Below, piece after piece: positions 48,155 to 57,519 of a stretch of 64,000 nt of DNA (positions within the stretch are counted from its first letter, which is position 1; each line of letters starts with the position of its first letter). Below the pieces are notes generated by a model. The model saw only the letters and a list, made by a program, of their open reading frames with translations, made no database searches and was not told the DNA's origin. The translations under genes and the position numbers were made by a program. The stretch comes from Patescibacteria group bacterium (GTDB lineage: Bacteria; Patescibacteriota; Microgenomatia; 0-14-0-10-38-17), in contig JBMNVW010000004.1 in NCBI GenBank assembly GCA_050947035.1, forward strand, positions 22,433 through 86,432. Reading direction: 5' to 3'.

Positions 48155-48943
48155 ATGAAGTGGCGAGGAGCTTTGAGTTTGGTATTGATGGTTTTTTTGT
48201 TGGTTGGGACAACGATTATGGCTGAAGGAGCCAGCGTTTGTCCACCAGGTAACGTCAAGTATGAGATAGGAGGAGGATACGAATACAACGATGGGTCAGG
48301 CTGGATCGAGGCGAGCGAATTTAGGGTTTGTTGGGGAGCCAATGAGGGCTATCGGGTGATTGGAGTTTGTATTTATGTCGGTGGACCCGATAAAGACAGT
48401 CGACAGATTAGTCTTGGTCCTGGAGATGGTTGTTGGAATAATCCAGAAAAGTATGGCATTTCCCATGTCGTGCTTTATACGGAAGCTATTCCGGAACCAA
48501 CGCCAACGGACGTTCCACCAGAACCGACACCAACAGGAACTCCTTCGGAGCCAACGGCAACAGCGACGAGTACGCCTACGTCAACGCCATCGTCAACACC
48601 GACGGCAACACCGACGGCAACACCGACGGACCCGCCGCCTACGCCAACCGAGGTTGCGCCTACTCAGACGCCGAAGCCGACGTCAACATCGGAGCCGACA
48701 CCGACGGATGTTCCCCCCGAACCAACACCAACGGATGCTCCACCGGAATCAACGTCGACACCTAAGCCGACCGATAAGCCAAAAACACCGGTACCGCCGA
48801 CAGAAGAGCCATTGCCAACCCCGAATGGTCTTCCTTCGACTGGCGGCCAGGCAGAGCCAAACAGTCCATTAACATTGATGGTTATCGTTTTGGCTGGAGG
48901 TGTTTCTCTTGCCTTTTTTGTTTTGCGCCGTCGCAAGATCTAG
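48155..48943 (+). CDS. Pro/Thr-rich surface protein with LPxTG sorting signal
   Basis: Signal peptide, Cys-containing globular domain, PT repeats, LPSTG + TM helix + RRRK tail; GGAGAGG RBS. Confidence 0.8.
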   Translation: MKWRGALSLVLMVFLLVGTTIMAEGASVCPPGNVKYEIGGGYEYNDGSGWIEASEFRVCWGANEGYRVIGVCIYVGGPDKDSRQISLGPGDGCWNNPEKYGISHVVLYTEAIPEPTPTDVPPEPTPTGTPSEPTATATSTPTSTPSSTPTATPTATPTDPPPTPTEVAPTQTPKPTSTSEPTPTDVPPEPTPTDAPPESTSTPKPTDKPKTPVPPTEEPLPTPNGLPSTGGQAEPNSPLTLMVIVLAGGVSLAFFVLRRRKI

Positions 48944-48992
48944 AAAGAGGGCTGTCTCTTAAGAAAGGGGGTGAAAATAATCATCCTCAGTA

Positions 48993-49068
48993 AGCCACAT
49001 CCTGCTCAAGGATCTTAATACAATTTTTTGTATTTTTGAGATCCTTGAGGGGGTGTGGCGTTTTTTTT
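48993..49068 (+). terminator. Long-stem intrinsic terminator
   Basis: GCCACATCC..CTCAAGGATCTTAA / TTGAGATCCTTGAG..GGGTGTGGC followed by T-run. Confidence 0.75.
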
Positions 49069-49138
49069 GCCCAAAAGAACAGGATATGTATTGCTTTTTT
49101 TTGAGAAAATTGATAATTTTAATTAAAGGGAGGAAGCT

Positions 49139-49777
49139 ATGGATGCCAAAAACACCCCAATTCAGCATTTAACTGTTGGTTTTTTATTTTTTGCCTTAGC
49201 CTTTGCTCTTCGTCGTTTTTTAGGTTTGAGCCAATCAGTAGTTTTTGCTCGAGTGGCTTTTCTGCTTTTATTTTTAACCTTAATTATCGGCCCTATTACT
49301 AAAATTAAAAAGCCCTCTGTTGTTTCTTCGCCCCTGAAACTGCCTTGGAGCTGGCGTAGCGAATTAGGGATTTGGTTTGCTATTTTTTCTTTAGTTCATT
49401 TTTGTTTTGCCATGAATGGTCGGCCTAAATGGAATTTGTTGGCCGCTTTGGGTGGTGGTATTGGTGGCGAAGGCTATGGTTTGGCTAATTTATTAGGTTT
49501 GATTGCCCTGTTTTGGAGTTTAATTTTGGCCTTCACTTCTCCGGGGAAAATAATTAAATGGTTAGGGGTTGGTTCTTGGAAATGGCTTCATTCAATGACT
49601 TATGTTATTTTTTATTTGGTGGCCACTCACACGGTTTATTTTCAGTTTTTTTCCAAATATCGAGGTGGACCAGACTGGTTTGGTTGGCCGGCAGTGCTAA
49701 TGGCCATAACCATTATTTTTCTTCAGCTTTGGGCCTTTGCCAAAACCTTGGCCGACCAAAAGAGAGGCAAAGAATAA
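49139..49777 (+). CDS. Ferric-reductase-like transmembrane (MsrQ-like) heme protein
   Basis: TLIIGP, RSELG..H, LAFTS..WKWLH..Y..H. Confidence 0.8.
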   Translation: MDAKNTPIQHLTVGFLFFALAFALRRFLGLSQSVVFARVAFLLLFLTLIIGPITKIKKPSVVSSPLKLPWSWRSELGIWFAIFSLVHFCFAMNGRPKWNLLAALGGGIGGEGYGLANLLGLIALFWSLILAFTSPGKIIKWLGVGSWKWLHSMTYVIFYLVATHTVYFQFFSKYRGGPDWFGWPAVLMAITIIFLQLWAFAKTLADQKRGKE

Positions 49778-49789
49778 ATTAATATTTTT

Positions 49790-50566
49790 ATGCCAATAAC
49801 CTCATATATTTTAGCTTTGGCAATTAGTTTAGGGATAAACTTAATTTTCTTTATTGCCGCTGCTCTTTTTCGAACCGATAAGTTAACCGATCTAACTTAC
49901 GGTCTAACTTTTGTTATCTTAACTTTGGGATTTTTGTTTTTAGGTCAGACTTTCTATTGGCATCAAATAGCCTTGTCGATTATGGTTTGTCTTTGGGCAA
50001 TTAGATTGATTAGTTATTTGTTTGTTCGGATTTTAAAAATCAAGAAAGATAGCCGTTTTGATAAAATTCGCGAAAACCCATGGCAATTTTTAAAATTTTG
50101 GTTATTGCAGGGCTTTTCAGTTTGGGTGATTCTTTTACCTTCTTTTTATTTGTTGGCCCAAAAAGAAAACAAAAGCCTTGCCCCGGTTATGGTTTTGGGT
50201 ATTGGCGTTTGGTTTTTGGGTTTGATGATTGAAACAGTTGCCGATTGGCAAAAATTTCTTTTTAAGAATAAGCCGAAAAACAAAGATCTTTGGATCGATT
50301 CTGGTCTTTGGGCCTGTTCTCGCCACCCTAATTATTTTGGGGAGATGCTAGTTTGGTGGGGGATTTTTATTTTTGCCTCTCCCCTTTTTTGGGGCTGGTC
50401 TTGGGCAAGCGTGATTGGCCCGGTCTTTATTACCTGTCTACTGTTGTTTGTTAGCGGTATTCCCCCTTTAGAAAAAAGATATCAGAAAAAATACGCTAAT
50501 AATGAAGATTATCAGGATTATAAAGAAAAAACTAGCTTGCTTGTTCTTTGGCCTCCGAAGAATTAG
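49790..50566 (+). CDS. DUF1295 / steroid 5-alpha-reductase-like membrane protein
   Basis: WAIRL, D.RF, E.VAD.QK, GLW..SRHPNYFGE..WWG, SGIP.LE. Confidence 0.88.
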   Translation: MPITSYILALAISLGINLIFFIAAALFRTDKLTDLTYGLTFVILTLGFLFLGQTFYWHQIALSIMVCLWAIRLISYLFVRILKIKKDSRFDKIRENPWQFLKFWLLQGFSVWVILLPSFYLLAQKENKSLAPVMVLGIGVWFLGLMIETVADWQKFLFKNKPKNKDLWIDSGLWACSRHPNYFGEMLVWWGIFIFASPLFWGWSWASVIGPVFITCLLLFVSGIPPLEKRYQKKYANNEDYQDYKEKTSLLVLWPPKN

Positions 50567-51284
50567 CTTCCGTTTTCTTTTCTAAAATATAAACGCCGGG
50601 ACGGCTGACAATATCAAAGCAACAAGAAAGAACGGGCTTATCTTTTATTTTTCTTAAAAACGGCAAGTTAAAGATTCGTCGCCAATCTCTTTTTCGATAT
50701 TTTTGGGAGGTTGGTAAAAGAGAAAAGCCAACTTTGGCAAAAAGATTTTCCCAATAGTTAACATTGTCGCCGGATCCTGTTCTATCGATGTGATCGGGTA
50801 CTTGATCAAATCTTCCTTCGGAAGGATCAGCAATAGCGATAAAAGCCCTACCCCCTGGTTTTAAAACTCGATATGTTTCCCTAACTAATCGGTTGGCATC
50901 ATCAATATGTTCGAAAACATCATTGGAAACGATAACATCAAAGCTCTTATCTTGAAACGGTAAAGCAGTGGCGCTGGCTTCAATTGGAGATATTCCTCTT
51001 TTTTGACTTTCTTTTAGGGCCGGATCAAAATTTAAATCAAGACCATAATAATGGTTTTTTTGAGTAGGGACTTGCTCTTTAATAGCTTCACCCAAAAGTC
51101 CCACCCCGCAACCGATTTCCAAAATTTTGGATTCAGAAGCTAGATCAGTTTCTTTGATAATTGCTTCGGCAGCTAATCTAAAACGGGTTGGGGCGATCTT
51201 TCGGCGTAAGGTAGCAAGAGGGTTTTCTTGGCGAACAGCGCCATAACCAAAATAGGGGAAGGCTTCGCTAGTCGCTTCGACCAT
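50532..51284 (-). CDS. Class I SAM-dependent methyltransferase
   Basis: ILEIGCGVG, ALPFQDKSFD, FEHI, RVLKPGG. Confidence 0.85.
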   Translation of the reverse strand: MVEATSEAFPYFGYGAVRQENPLATLRRKIAPTRFRLAAEAIIKETDLASESKILEIGCGVGLLGEAIKEQVPTQKNHYYGLDLNFDPALKESQKRGISPIEASATALPFQDKSFDVIVSNDVFEHIDDANRLVRETYRVLKPGGRAFIAIADPSEGRFDQVPDHIDRTGSGDNVNYWENLFAKVGFSLLPTSQKYRKRDWRRIFNLPFLRKIKDKPVLSCCFDIVSRPGVYILEKKTEANSSEAKEQAS

Positions 51285-51340
51285 AAGATAATTTTAATAT
51301 TTTCTTTAAGGGTTAGCAAATTAGCCTAACCCAAAAAAAA

Positions 51341-52810
51341 CTACTTTTCTTGATAGACCAATCGCTCCTCTACTTGGCTGGTAAGGTTTTGGTGATTTCT
51401 TAAGTATTCTTCCAACACTTGTTGGGCGGAAGTGGTAATAATTTTTTCTTGCCCCGATCCTAATAATTCTTCATGACTAATATTTAAATAATCAGGAGCG
51501 CTTTTAACATGATAGCCCTGTAGGCAAAGAGTATAAATCTTTTCGTTTTTAACCTCCTGGTCGTTTATAGTTAGGGAAATTAGCTTTTTCTTTTTATCAT
51601 TGTAAATTGCCTGAACTCCTCGATTGGTCTGATAGCACTCCCCTTCTCCATCTCGATTATCAACTCTCATAATATGGGTAAAGATCTTTTTTAGGGCTTG
51701 GCCATTGATTTGGTATTGCCTTAGAGAATCATCATAAGGAAAGCAGGTTAACAAATCTTTTAAAGTAACCAGGGGGCCCATTTTTTTAATTCTAATTGAG
51801 CCACTGCCGATCAAAACAACATCGGATCCAGCTCTTTGGGCAAAAGCATCAGCAATTAAATTACCCAAAGATGTTTCTTCTTCTCGCCTGGGGTGGGTAA
51901 GAGTTTTGGCGAACTTGGTGATTAAGACCTTGTATTTGCGGTCAACGTCTTTTTTGAAGGAATTAATAAATTTTTCTAAATTTTTATCGGGCTTGGCTAA
52001 ATTGTTATCAATAGGTATTAACTGCCATTGATAATCAACAATGCTATTGGTGTCATCATCAACGGTAATGTCAAACCGGCCGATTTGATCAGAGCCAACG
52101 CCGGCTTGGGCAATTAGAGCACCATTGACCATTTTAGGCTTTTTCAAAACAGTGTGGGAGTGGCCGCCGATAATCAAATCTACTCCCCACTCGGGTTTTA
52201 GCATTTGGGCTAGTTTAATGTCTGACTCATAGCCGATGTGGGTCAAGAGGATAGTTAGATCAATATCTTGGCTTTTGTAGGCGTTGCAAATTTTACCCAC
52301 TTCCGATGAGGCTTCTTCCAAGCTAATAAAACTGCCGATTAGCTCATCTTGTTTAATGGAATCCATCACCTTTTCGGTGATGATGCCGGTGAAGAGAATA
52401 TCAAAGCCGGCCTTATTAATAATTAAATAGGGGCGCATTAATCTTTTATAGTATTTTTTAATATAGAGATTGGCATTAACAATGGGGAAATTAGCCATTT
52501 TTTCTAAAAATAACAAATGGGGCAAGCCATAATCAAACTCATGGTTTCCTAAAGCGACTACATCAGGAGCCAGGTAATTGGTAATCTCAATAGTGGAAAT
52601 GCCTTTGTATTCAGAATCAATTAATGAGCCCTGAATCATATCGCCGGAGATAAGATACAAAACGTTTTCCTCTTCTTTTCTAACCCGGTTAATATAGCCG
52701 GAAAGCAGTGCTAAACCGCCGATTAACTTTCCTCCACCCCTTTTTACTTCGGCCAAGAAGTCGCCGTGCATATCGTTAGAATGAAGAATGGTGAATTTTT
52801 TGGTTCTCAT
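51341..52810 (-). CDS. 5'-nucleotidase / metallophosphoesterase (no signal peptide)
   Basis: HSNDMHG, GD, LGNHEFD, LTHIG, GGHSH, 5'-nucleotidase C domain. Confidence 0.9.
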   Translation of the reverse strand: MRTKKFTILHSNDMHGDFLAEVKRGGGKLIGGLALLSGYINRVRKEEENVLYLISGDMIQGSLIDSEYKGISTIEITNYLAPDVVALGNHEFDYGLPHLLFLEKMANFPIVNANLYIKKYYKRLMRPYLIINKAGFDILFTGIITEKVMDSIKQDELIGSFISLEEASSEVGKICNAYKSQDIDLTILLTHIGYESDIKLAQMLKPEWGVDLIIGGHSHTVLKKPKMVNGALIAQAGVGSDQIGRFDITVDDDTNSIVDYQWQLIPIDNNLAKPDKNLEKFINSFKKDVDRKYKVLITKFAKTLTHPRREEETSLGNLIADAFAQRAGSDVVLIGSGSIRIKKMGPLVTLKDLLTCFPYDDSLRQYQINGQALKKIFTHIMRVDNRDGEGECYQTNRGVQAIYNDKKKKLISLTINDQEVKNEKIYTLCLQGYHVKSAPDYLNISHEELLGSGQEKIITTSAQQVLEEYLRNHQNLTSQVEERLVYQEK

Positions 52811-52918
52811 GACTGGAGAAAAGAGTAGGTTTTATTTAAACTTATTATAGCAGGAGATGGTTATTTTTCTGTCGGGGATTTTAATTTTGGTTAAATAAAT
52901 AAAGATGAACCTTTGGCT

Positions 52919-54103
52919 TTATTCCACAAATGTCAGTGCCAAGCCTTTTTTACCCATTCGGCCGGTGCGGCCAATGCGATGAACATAATCATCATAAGTA
53001 GCCGGAGCATCATAGTTAATAACTTGGGTAACATTATCAATATCTAGTCCTCGAGAAGCCACGTCGGTAGCGGTTAAGACTCGAATTTGATTATTTTTAA
53101 ATTGTCTTAGCGCCCTTTGTCTTTGGTTTTGCGATTTGTTGCCGTGAATAGCGGCTGCCTTAATGCCGTGCTCGACCAGGAGGCGGGCCAGTTTTTCCAT
53201 CCCCCATTTGGTGCGGCCAAAAACCAGCACCTTGTCGAAACCGGGTCGGGAAAGCAATTTTCTTAAAACATCAATCTTAGCGCCTCGATTGGTAATTTTG
53301 ACAATATCTTGCTCGACATTATCTAGAGTGTCTTGATGCTTGACCGAGACTCGAATTGGTTGGCGAGCGAAATTTTGCAGAATTTGCTCGGTTTTATTAT
53401 TGACAGTGGCGGAAAAAAACAACCCTTGGCGGTTTTGGGGTAAAAGAGACATTAAGTATTTAATGTCCTTAATAAAGCCCATATCAACCATGCGATCAAC
53501 TTCGTCCAAGACAATATTTTGAAAAAGATTTGGTCTGATTTTATTTCTGCCAATTAAATCTTTTAATCGGCCTGGGGTACCGGCGATAAAGTTAGGATTT
53601 GATTTTAAAGCGTTGATTTGACGATTGATATTAACCCCGCCGATAATGGTAACAATCGATAAATTCATACCTCGGGTTAAATGCTCAAATTCTCGGCTAA
53701 TTTGTGAGGCTAGCTCTCGGGTGGGAACGATAATCAATGTTTTTTGCTGACAATCTAAATAGGTTTTATTAATAAGGCCAGTTAAAAAAGCGGCCGTTTT
53801 ACCGGTGCCGGTATTAGCTACCCCGATAATGTCTTTACCAGCTAAAACTTGAGGAATAACTTGGTTTTGGATTTTAGTGGGGTTTTGATAACCGTGTTGG
53901 GCGATATTGTTTTTTAATTTATCAACCAACCCATAATCGGCAAAATTGGCTCCCTTAGCAAAAGGCTTCTCTGTCTTTTTTCCTTTGGCTTTTTTGATAA
54001 ACAAGTTTTCGTCAAGTTTTTTACCATGATGTGAAAAGTGTTTCTGGTGGGGGTGATAACTTTTCTTTTGGCGGGAATAATTTCTTCGTTTGGAATAGGC
54101 CAT
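52919..54103 (-). CDS. DEAD-box RNA helicase
   Basis: Q motif, TGTGKT, PTRELA, TPGRL, DEVD, SAT, SRGLD, HRIGRTGR. Confidence 0.95.
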   Translation of the reverse strand: MAYSKRRNYSRQKKSYHPHQKHFSHHGKKLDENLFIKKAKGKKTEKPFAKGANFADYGLVDKLKNNIAQHGYQNPTKIQNQVIPQVLAGKDIIGVANTGTGKTAAFLTGLINKTYLDCQQKTLIIVPTRELASQISREFEHLTRGMNLSIVTIIGGVNINRQINALKSNPNFIAGTPGRLKDLIGRNKIRPNLFQNIVLDEVDRMVDMGFIKDIKYLMSLLPQNRQGLFFSATVNNKTEQILQNFARQPIRVSVKHQDTLDNVEQDIVKITNRGAKIDVLRKLLSRPGFDKVLVFGRTKWGMEKLARLLVEHGIKAAAIHGNKSQNQRQRALRQFKNNQIRVLTATDVASRGLDIDNVTQVINYDAPATYDDYVHRIGRTGRMGKKGLALTFVE

Positions 54104-54137
54104 CGGTATTATTTATTTTTTTATTTGGTGGAGAAAA

Positions 54138-54265
54138 TGTGCTCCAGTAGATCTGCTTAAGAGAAAATGAAGTGTTTTTAACGTGAAGATACTTGAAAAG
54201 AAAGATTAGGAGTATCTTTATCTTTTAAAAAACTAAATTACATTAAGCAGATGTACCAAAGCACA
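54138..54265 (-). ncRNA. Structured 5' leader of the DEAD-box helicase mRNA
   Basis: 23-nt long-range stem (54138-54160 with 54243-54265), 22 of 23 paired including 3 G-U on the minus strand; internal AAGATACT/AGTATCTT stem; TGtTATAAT at 54286-54294. Confidence 0.6.
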
Positions 54266-54328
54266 ATCTGCATCAACTAAAAGGTATTATAACACGAGAA
54301 ATCAGTAATAGCCAATTCTATTAAAAAA

Positions 54329-54517
54329 TTATTCGTTTTTTGGTGAAGAAAGAGCTTTGTTCAGGGCTTCGCGAATATTCTTGCCGGCAAACCAGCCCTT
54401 AAGATAAATCAACGTGTGCTTGCTTTGATTATTATCTTGAAGATAGTATTTGTCGATCCGCCCGCCCCTTTTTAAAAAAGTTTTAATTAGCTCGTTTACG
54501 GAAGGTTGATTAGTAAT
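54329..54517 (-). CDS. Candidate 62-aa protein with non-canonical (ATT) start
   Basis: ITNQPSVNELIKTFLKRGGRIDKYYLQDNNQSKHTLIYLKGWFAGKNIREALNKALSSPKNE*; TGcTATAAT 6 nt upstream. Confidence 0.4.
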   Translation of the reverse strand: MTNQPSVNELIKTFLKRGGRIDKYYLQDNNQSKHTLIYLKGWFAGKNIREALNKALSSPKNE

Positions 54518-54669
54518 AGAGCTATTATAGCATAATCGAAAGACTGCCTAACATAGGCTATAGGATAATTATAAGCTATAGAAAAAATGAGCAAAAAGTA
54601 TCAATTTTACCCTTAGGCTGTTACAATACTCACTTGTCCCTTTAATTGGTGGACAGAGAAAATAAAAAT

Positions 54670-56493
54670 ATGAAAAAAATAAGAAATGTCGCTGTAATTG
54701 CCCATGTGGATCATGGTAAAACTACTCTAATTGATGCCTTGCTAAAGCAAACTAATACTTTTCGGGACAATCAAAAAGAAATGGCCATTTCCCGAATTTT
54801 GGATAGTAACGATCAGGAAAGAGAACGCGGCATCACCATCACTGCCAAAAATTGCGCTATTGATTTTGCCGGAACAAGAATTAATATTATTGACACTCCG
54901 GGTCATGTTGATTTTTCTAGCGAAGTGGAGCGAACCTTGGGTATGGCGGATGGGGCCCTGCTCATTATTGACGCCCAAGAAGGTCCCATGCCTCAAACCC
55001 GATTTGTGTTACGAAAGGCGCTGGAACTAGGCCTAAAAATAATTGTGCTGATTAATAAAATTGATAAACAATATGCTCAGGTTCCTTTGGTAATCGAAAA
55101 GACCGAGAGCCTATTTTTAGATTTAGCCCAAGAAGAATCCCAACTTGATTTTCCTATCCTCTATTCTATCGGTCGAGATGGCCAGGTTTTTGAGAGTTTA
55201 CCTGATGATTTTTCTGGGCCAGCCGACGTTTCCCCTTTGTTAAAGAAAATAATTGATTTTATTCCCGCCCCCAAAAATCAAGATGATCTACCATTTAAAA
55301 TGCTGGTTTCTTCTTTTGAGCACGACAACCATTTGGGTCGGATTTTAATTGGTCGAATCCATCAGGGCAAAATTAGTCAAGGCCAAAAAATTACTCTAAT
55401 CCAAAAAGAAAACAGTTTATTTTTCCTAGAGAAGATTTTTGTGGCCCAAGGCCTGTCTAAAGAAGAAGTAAAAACCGCCGCTTCTGGCGAGATTGTTTTT
55501 TTGGCTGGGGTTAATGAAGCTAAAATTGGCGATACCGTTGCCGCCCCTGGTCAAACCAAGATCTTGCCGGCAATGAAAATTGGAGAGCCGACACTACACA
55601 TTACTATTCAGCCCAACAAATCACCCTTTTCTGGTCAGGAAGGCGATTTTTCTACCGCTAATCAGCTGGAAGAAAGGCTGCAAAAAGAAGTCGAAACTAA
55701 CCTGAGTCTTCAAGTGGCTAAAACCGGTAATGGTAAATTCAGAGTTGCTGGCAAAGGAGAATTGCATCTAACCGTATTTTTGGAAGAGTTGCGTCGAGAT
55801 GGTTACGAATTAGAAGTAGAAAAACCAGAAGTTATTATCAAAGAGGTCGATGGGGTGAAAATGGAACCAGTCGAAGAATTAAATATTGTTGTCCCCACGG
55901 AGTATGTGGGGGTTGTCAGTCAAGAATTGGGTCGTCGTTATGCCGTGCTGGTTAATACTACGCCGGTTGGCGAAAAAGAAACAGAGTTTGTTTATCATTT
56001 ACCCACTCGGGCTCTGATTGGACTAAGAAGTTTATTAGTTGCCCAAACCAAAGGCTCTATTATTTTTAATTCGCAAATGATCGATTATCAACCCTTGGGA
56101 AAATCGATTAAAAAATTACGTTCCGGAGCTTTGGTGGCTGCTCAATCAGGCAAGGCGCTTTCTTACGGCTTAAATGCTGCTCAGAGTCGAGGGATTACTT
56201 TTATTGGCCCGGGCACCCAGGTTTATAAAGGGATGATTGTTGGCAAAAATAGTAAAGAGGCCGATATTGAAATTAATGTTTGTAAGGGTAAAAAGCTTAC
56301 CAATATGCGCTCTAAGAGTTCTGATGGGATTATTCAATTGGTACCCCCTACTCCGGTTACTCTGGAAATGGGCCTAGAATTTATTGAAAATGATGAGCTG
56401 ATGGAAATTACCCCCAAAAACGTTCGTTTGAGAAAAAAAGCTGTTTCTAGAGAAGAAAAGCGCCGTCTTCGCCAAAACAATTTGGCTAGTTAA
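54670..56493 (+). CDS. typA: Translational GTPase TypA/BipA
   Basis: IAHVDHGKTT, ERERGITI, DTPGH.DF, GPMPQTRFV, NKID, GELHL, K.LTNMR. Confidence 0.96.
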   Translation: MKKIRNVAVIAHVDHGKTTLIDALLKQTNTFRDNQKEMAISRILDSNDQERERGITITAKNCAIDFAGTRINIIDTPGHVDFSSEVERTLGMADGALLIIDAQEGPMPQTRFVLRKALELGLKIIVLINKIDKQYAQVPLVIEKTESLFLDLAQEESQLDFPILYSIGRDGQVFESLPDDFSGPADVSPLLKKIIDFIPAPKNQDDLPFKMLVSSFEHDNHLGRILIGRIHQGKISQGQKITLIQKENSLFFLEKIFVAQGLSKEEVKTAASGEIVFLAGVNEAKIGDTVAAPGQTKILPAMKIGEPTLHITIQPNKSPFSGQEGDFSTANQLEERLQKEVETNLSLQVAKTGNGKFRVAGKGELHLTVFLEELRRDGYELEVEKPEVIIKEVDGVKMEPVEELNIVVPTEYVGVVSQELGRRYAVLVNTTPVGEKETEFVYHLPTRALIGLRSLLVAQTKGSIIFNSQMIDYQPLGKSIKKLRSGALVAAQSGKALSYGLNAAQSRGITFIGPGTQVYKGMIVGKNSKEADIEINVCKGKKLTNMRSKSSDGIIQLVPPTPVTLEMGLEFIENDELMEITPKNVRLRKKAVSREEKRRLRQNNLAS

Positions 56494-56495
56494 AA

Positions 56496-57308
56496 TTATT
56501 CTTCCACTACCGAGTTACTTTTTTGTCCTGAAGTATTATTAGGAGCACTGTTTTGATTATTACCCCCGTCCCCGTCGGCTTCAATGATGATATCTTGAAT
56601 ATCAGTTTTGGTTTCGGGGTCGCTTCCTGGTTCAGTTCCGGGCGCAAACCTCATTTCTCCCCCTTCGATAATGACTTCAACTTTTTTTCCTGCTTCTCCT
56701 CCCGGTCCGGTTCCTGGGGCAAATTGGGTTTCCCCGCCCTCAACAACGACCCCGGCTTCTCCTCCTGGTCCGGTTACCGGTGCCCAAACATGCTTTACCT
56801 CATTAAAAAATTCTGTTTGCCCTTCCGGACCGTTTACCTCTACCACTCTTTGAGCCACTTGATTAACAACCCTTTCTTGGACGCGAACCACCTCTTGTTT
56901 AGCGTCCTCATTAACCTGGGTTTTTATTTGTTCCATGGTTCTTTGCTGTTCAATGGTTCTTTCTTGCACGGCTCCCAAAACCTCTCCTTGATCAGCCTTG
57001 TCTAATAAATTATCTTGTTTTTCTTTAACTTGGAGGTAGTCTTGGATTAAATCTTGAACTTCTTGGTCGTCACCAGTGTCGGCTTGGGTTTGGGCGGCGG
57101 CTAGTCTTTTTTCGGCGTGTTTTTCTAGAACCTCAACTTTTTTCTCGGTTCCGAAGGCAAAAAAATATTCCACTCCTTCCTGGATTTTGGTAATAAGTGA
57201 GTTTGGCGAAGTAATTACTTCTGGTAATTCAACCGCTTGGGCCGAGCAAGGAAGAGCAATGAAAGTGAAAAGAAAAAGCAACACCAACAATAACCTTTTG
57301 ATGTTCAT
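56496..57308 (-). CDS. Exported DUF5667-like helical protein with Gly/Pro repeats
   Basis: Signal peptide, P.S..K..E..AEKRL; three (W/F)APGT(G/E)PG repeats. Confidence 0.6.
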   Translation of the reverse strand: MNIKRLLLVLLFLFTFIALPCSAQAVELPEVITSPNSLITKIQEGVEYFFAFGTEKKVEVLEKHAEKRLAAAQTQADTGDDQEVQDLIQDYLQVKEKQDNLLDKADQGEVLGAVQERTIEQQRTMEQIKTQVNEDAKQEVVRVQERVVNQVAQRVVEVNGPEGQTEFFNEVKHVWAPVTGPGGEAGVVVEGGETQFAPGTGPGGEAGKKVEVIIEGGEMRFAPGTEPGSDPETKTDIQDIIIEADGDGGNNQNSAPNNTSGQKSNSVVEE

Positions 57309-57519
57309 CCTAAAAAAAGATTATATCTTTGGGGGCGACAAGTCAAAACCTTGTACGGGTTCGATACACATTCGACATTCCTCCTTTTTTTAATGATATA
57401 GTCCATCGGTGTCTCATAGTCTAGGTCTTGATGGACTCTTTTTAGTATTGTAAAAGATTAAGTAATCAGCTAGTTTTTTGTTAAACGCTCTTTGATTATG
57501 AGTGATATAATGTTTTCGC

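Noticed and set aside
48360-48936. Alternative-frame ORFs 48360-48872 (+) and 48664-48936 (-) with RRQH or GV repeats
   Set aside because: Shadows of the GC-rich Pro/Thr repeat codons; the 48155 frame has a signal peptide, SD and sorting signal.
57350-57440. GGGTTCGAT fragment and AGTCCATC/GATGGACT hairpin at the left edge of the radical SAM cluster as a possible att site
   Set aside because: No cloverleaf, no matching repeat in the window and no integrase; the hairpin alone is not diagnostic.
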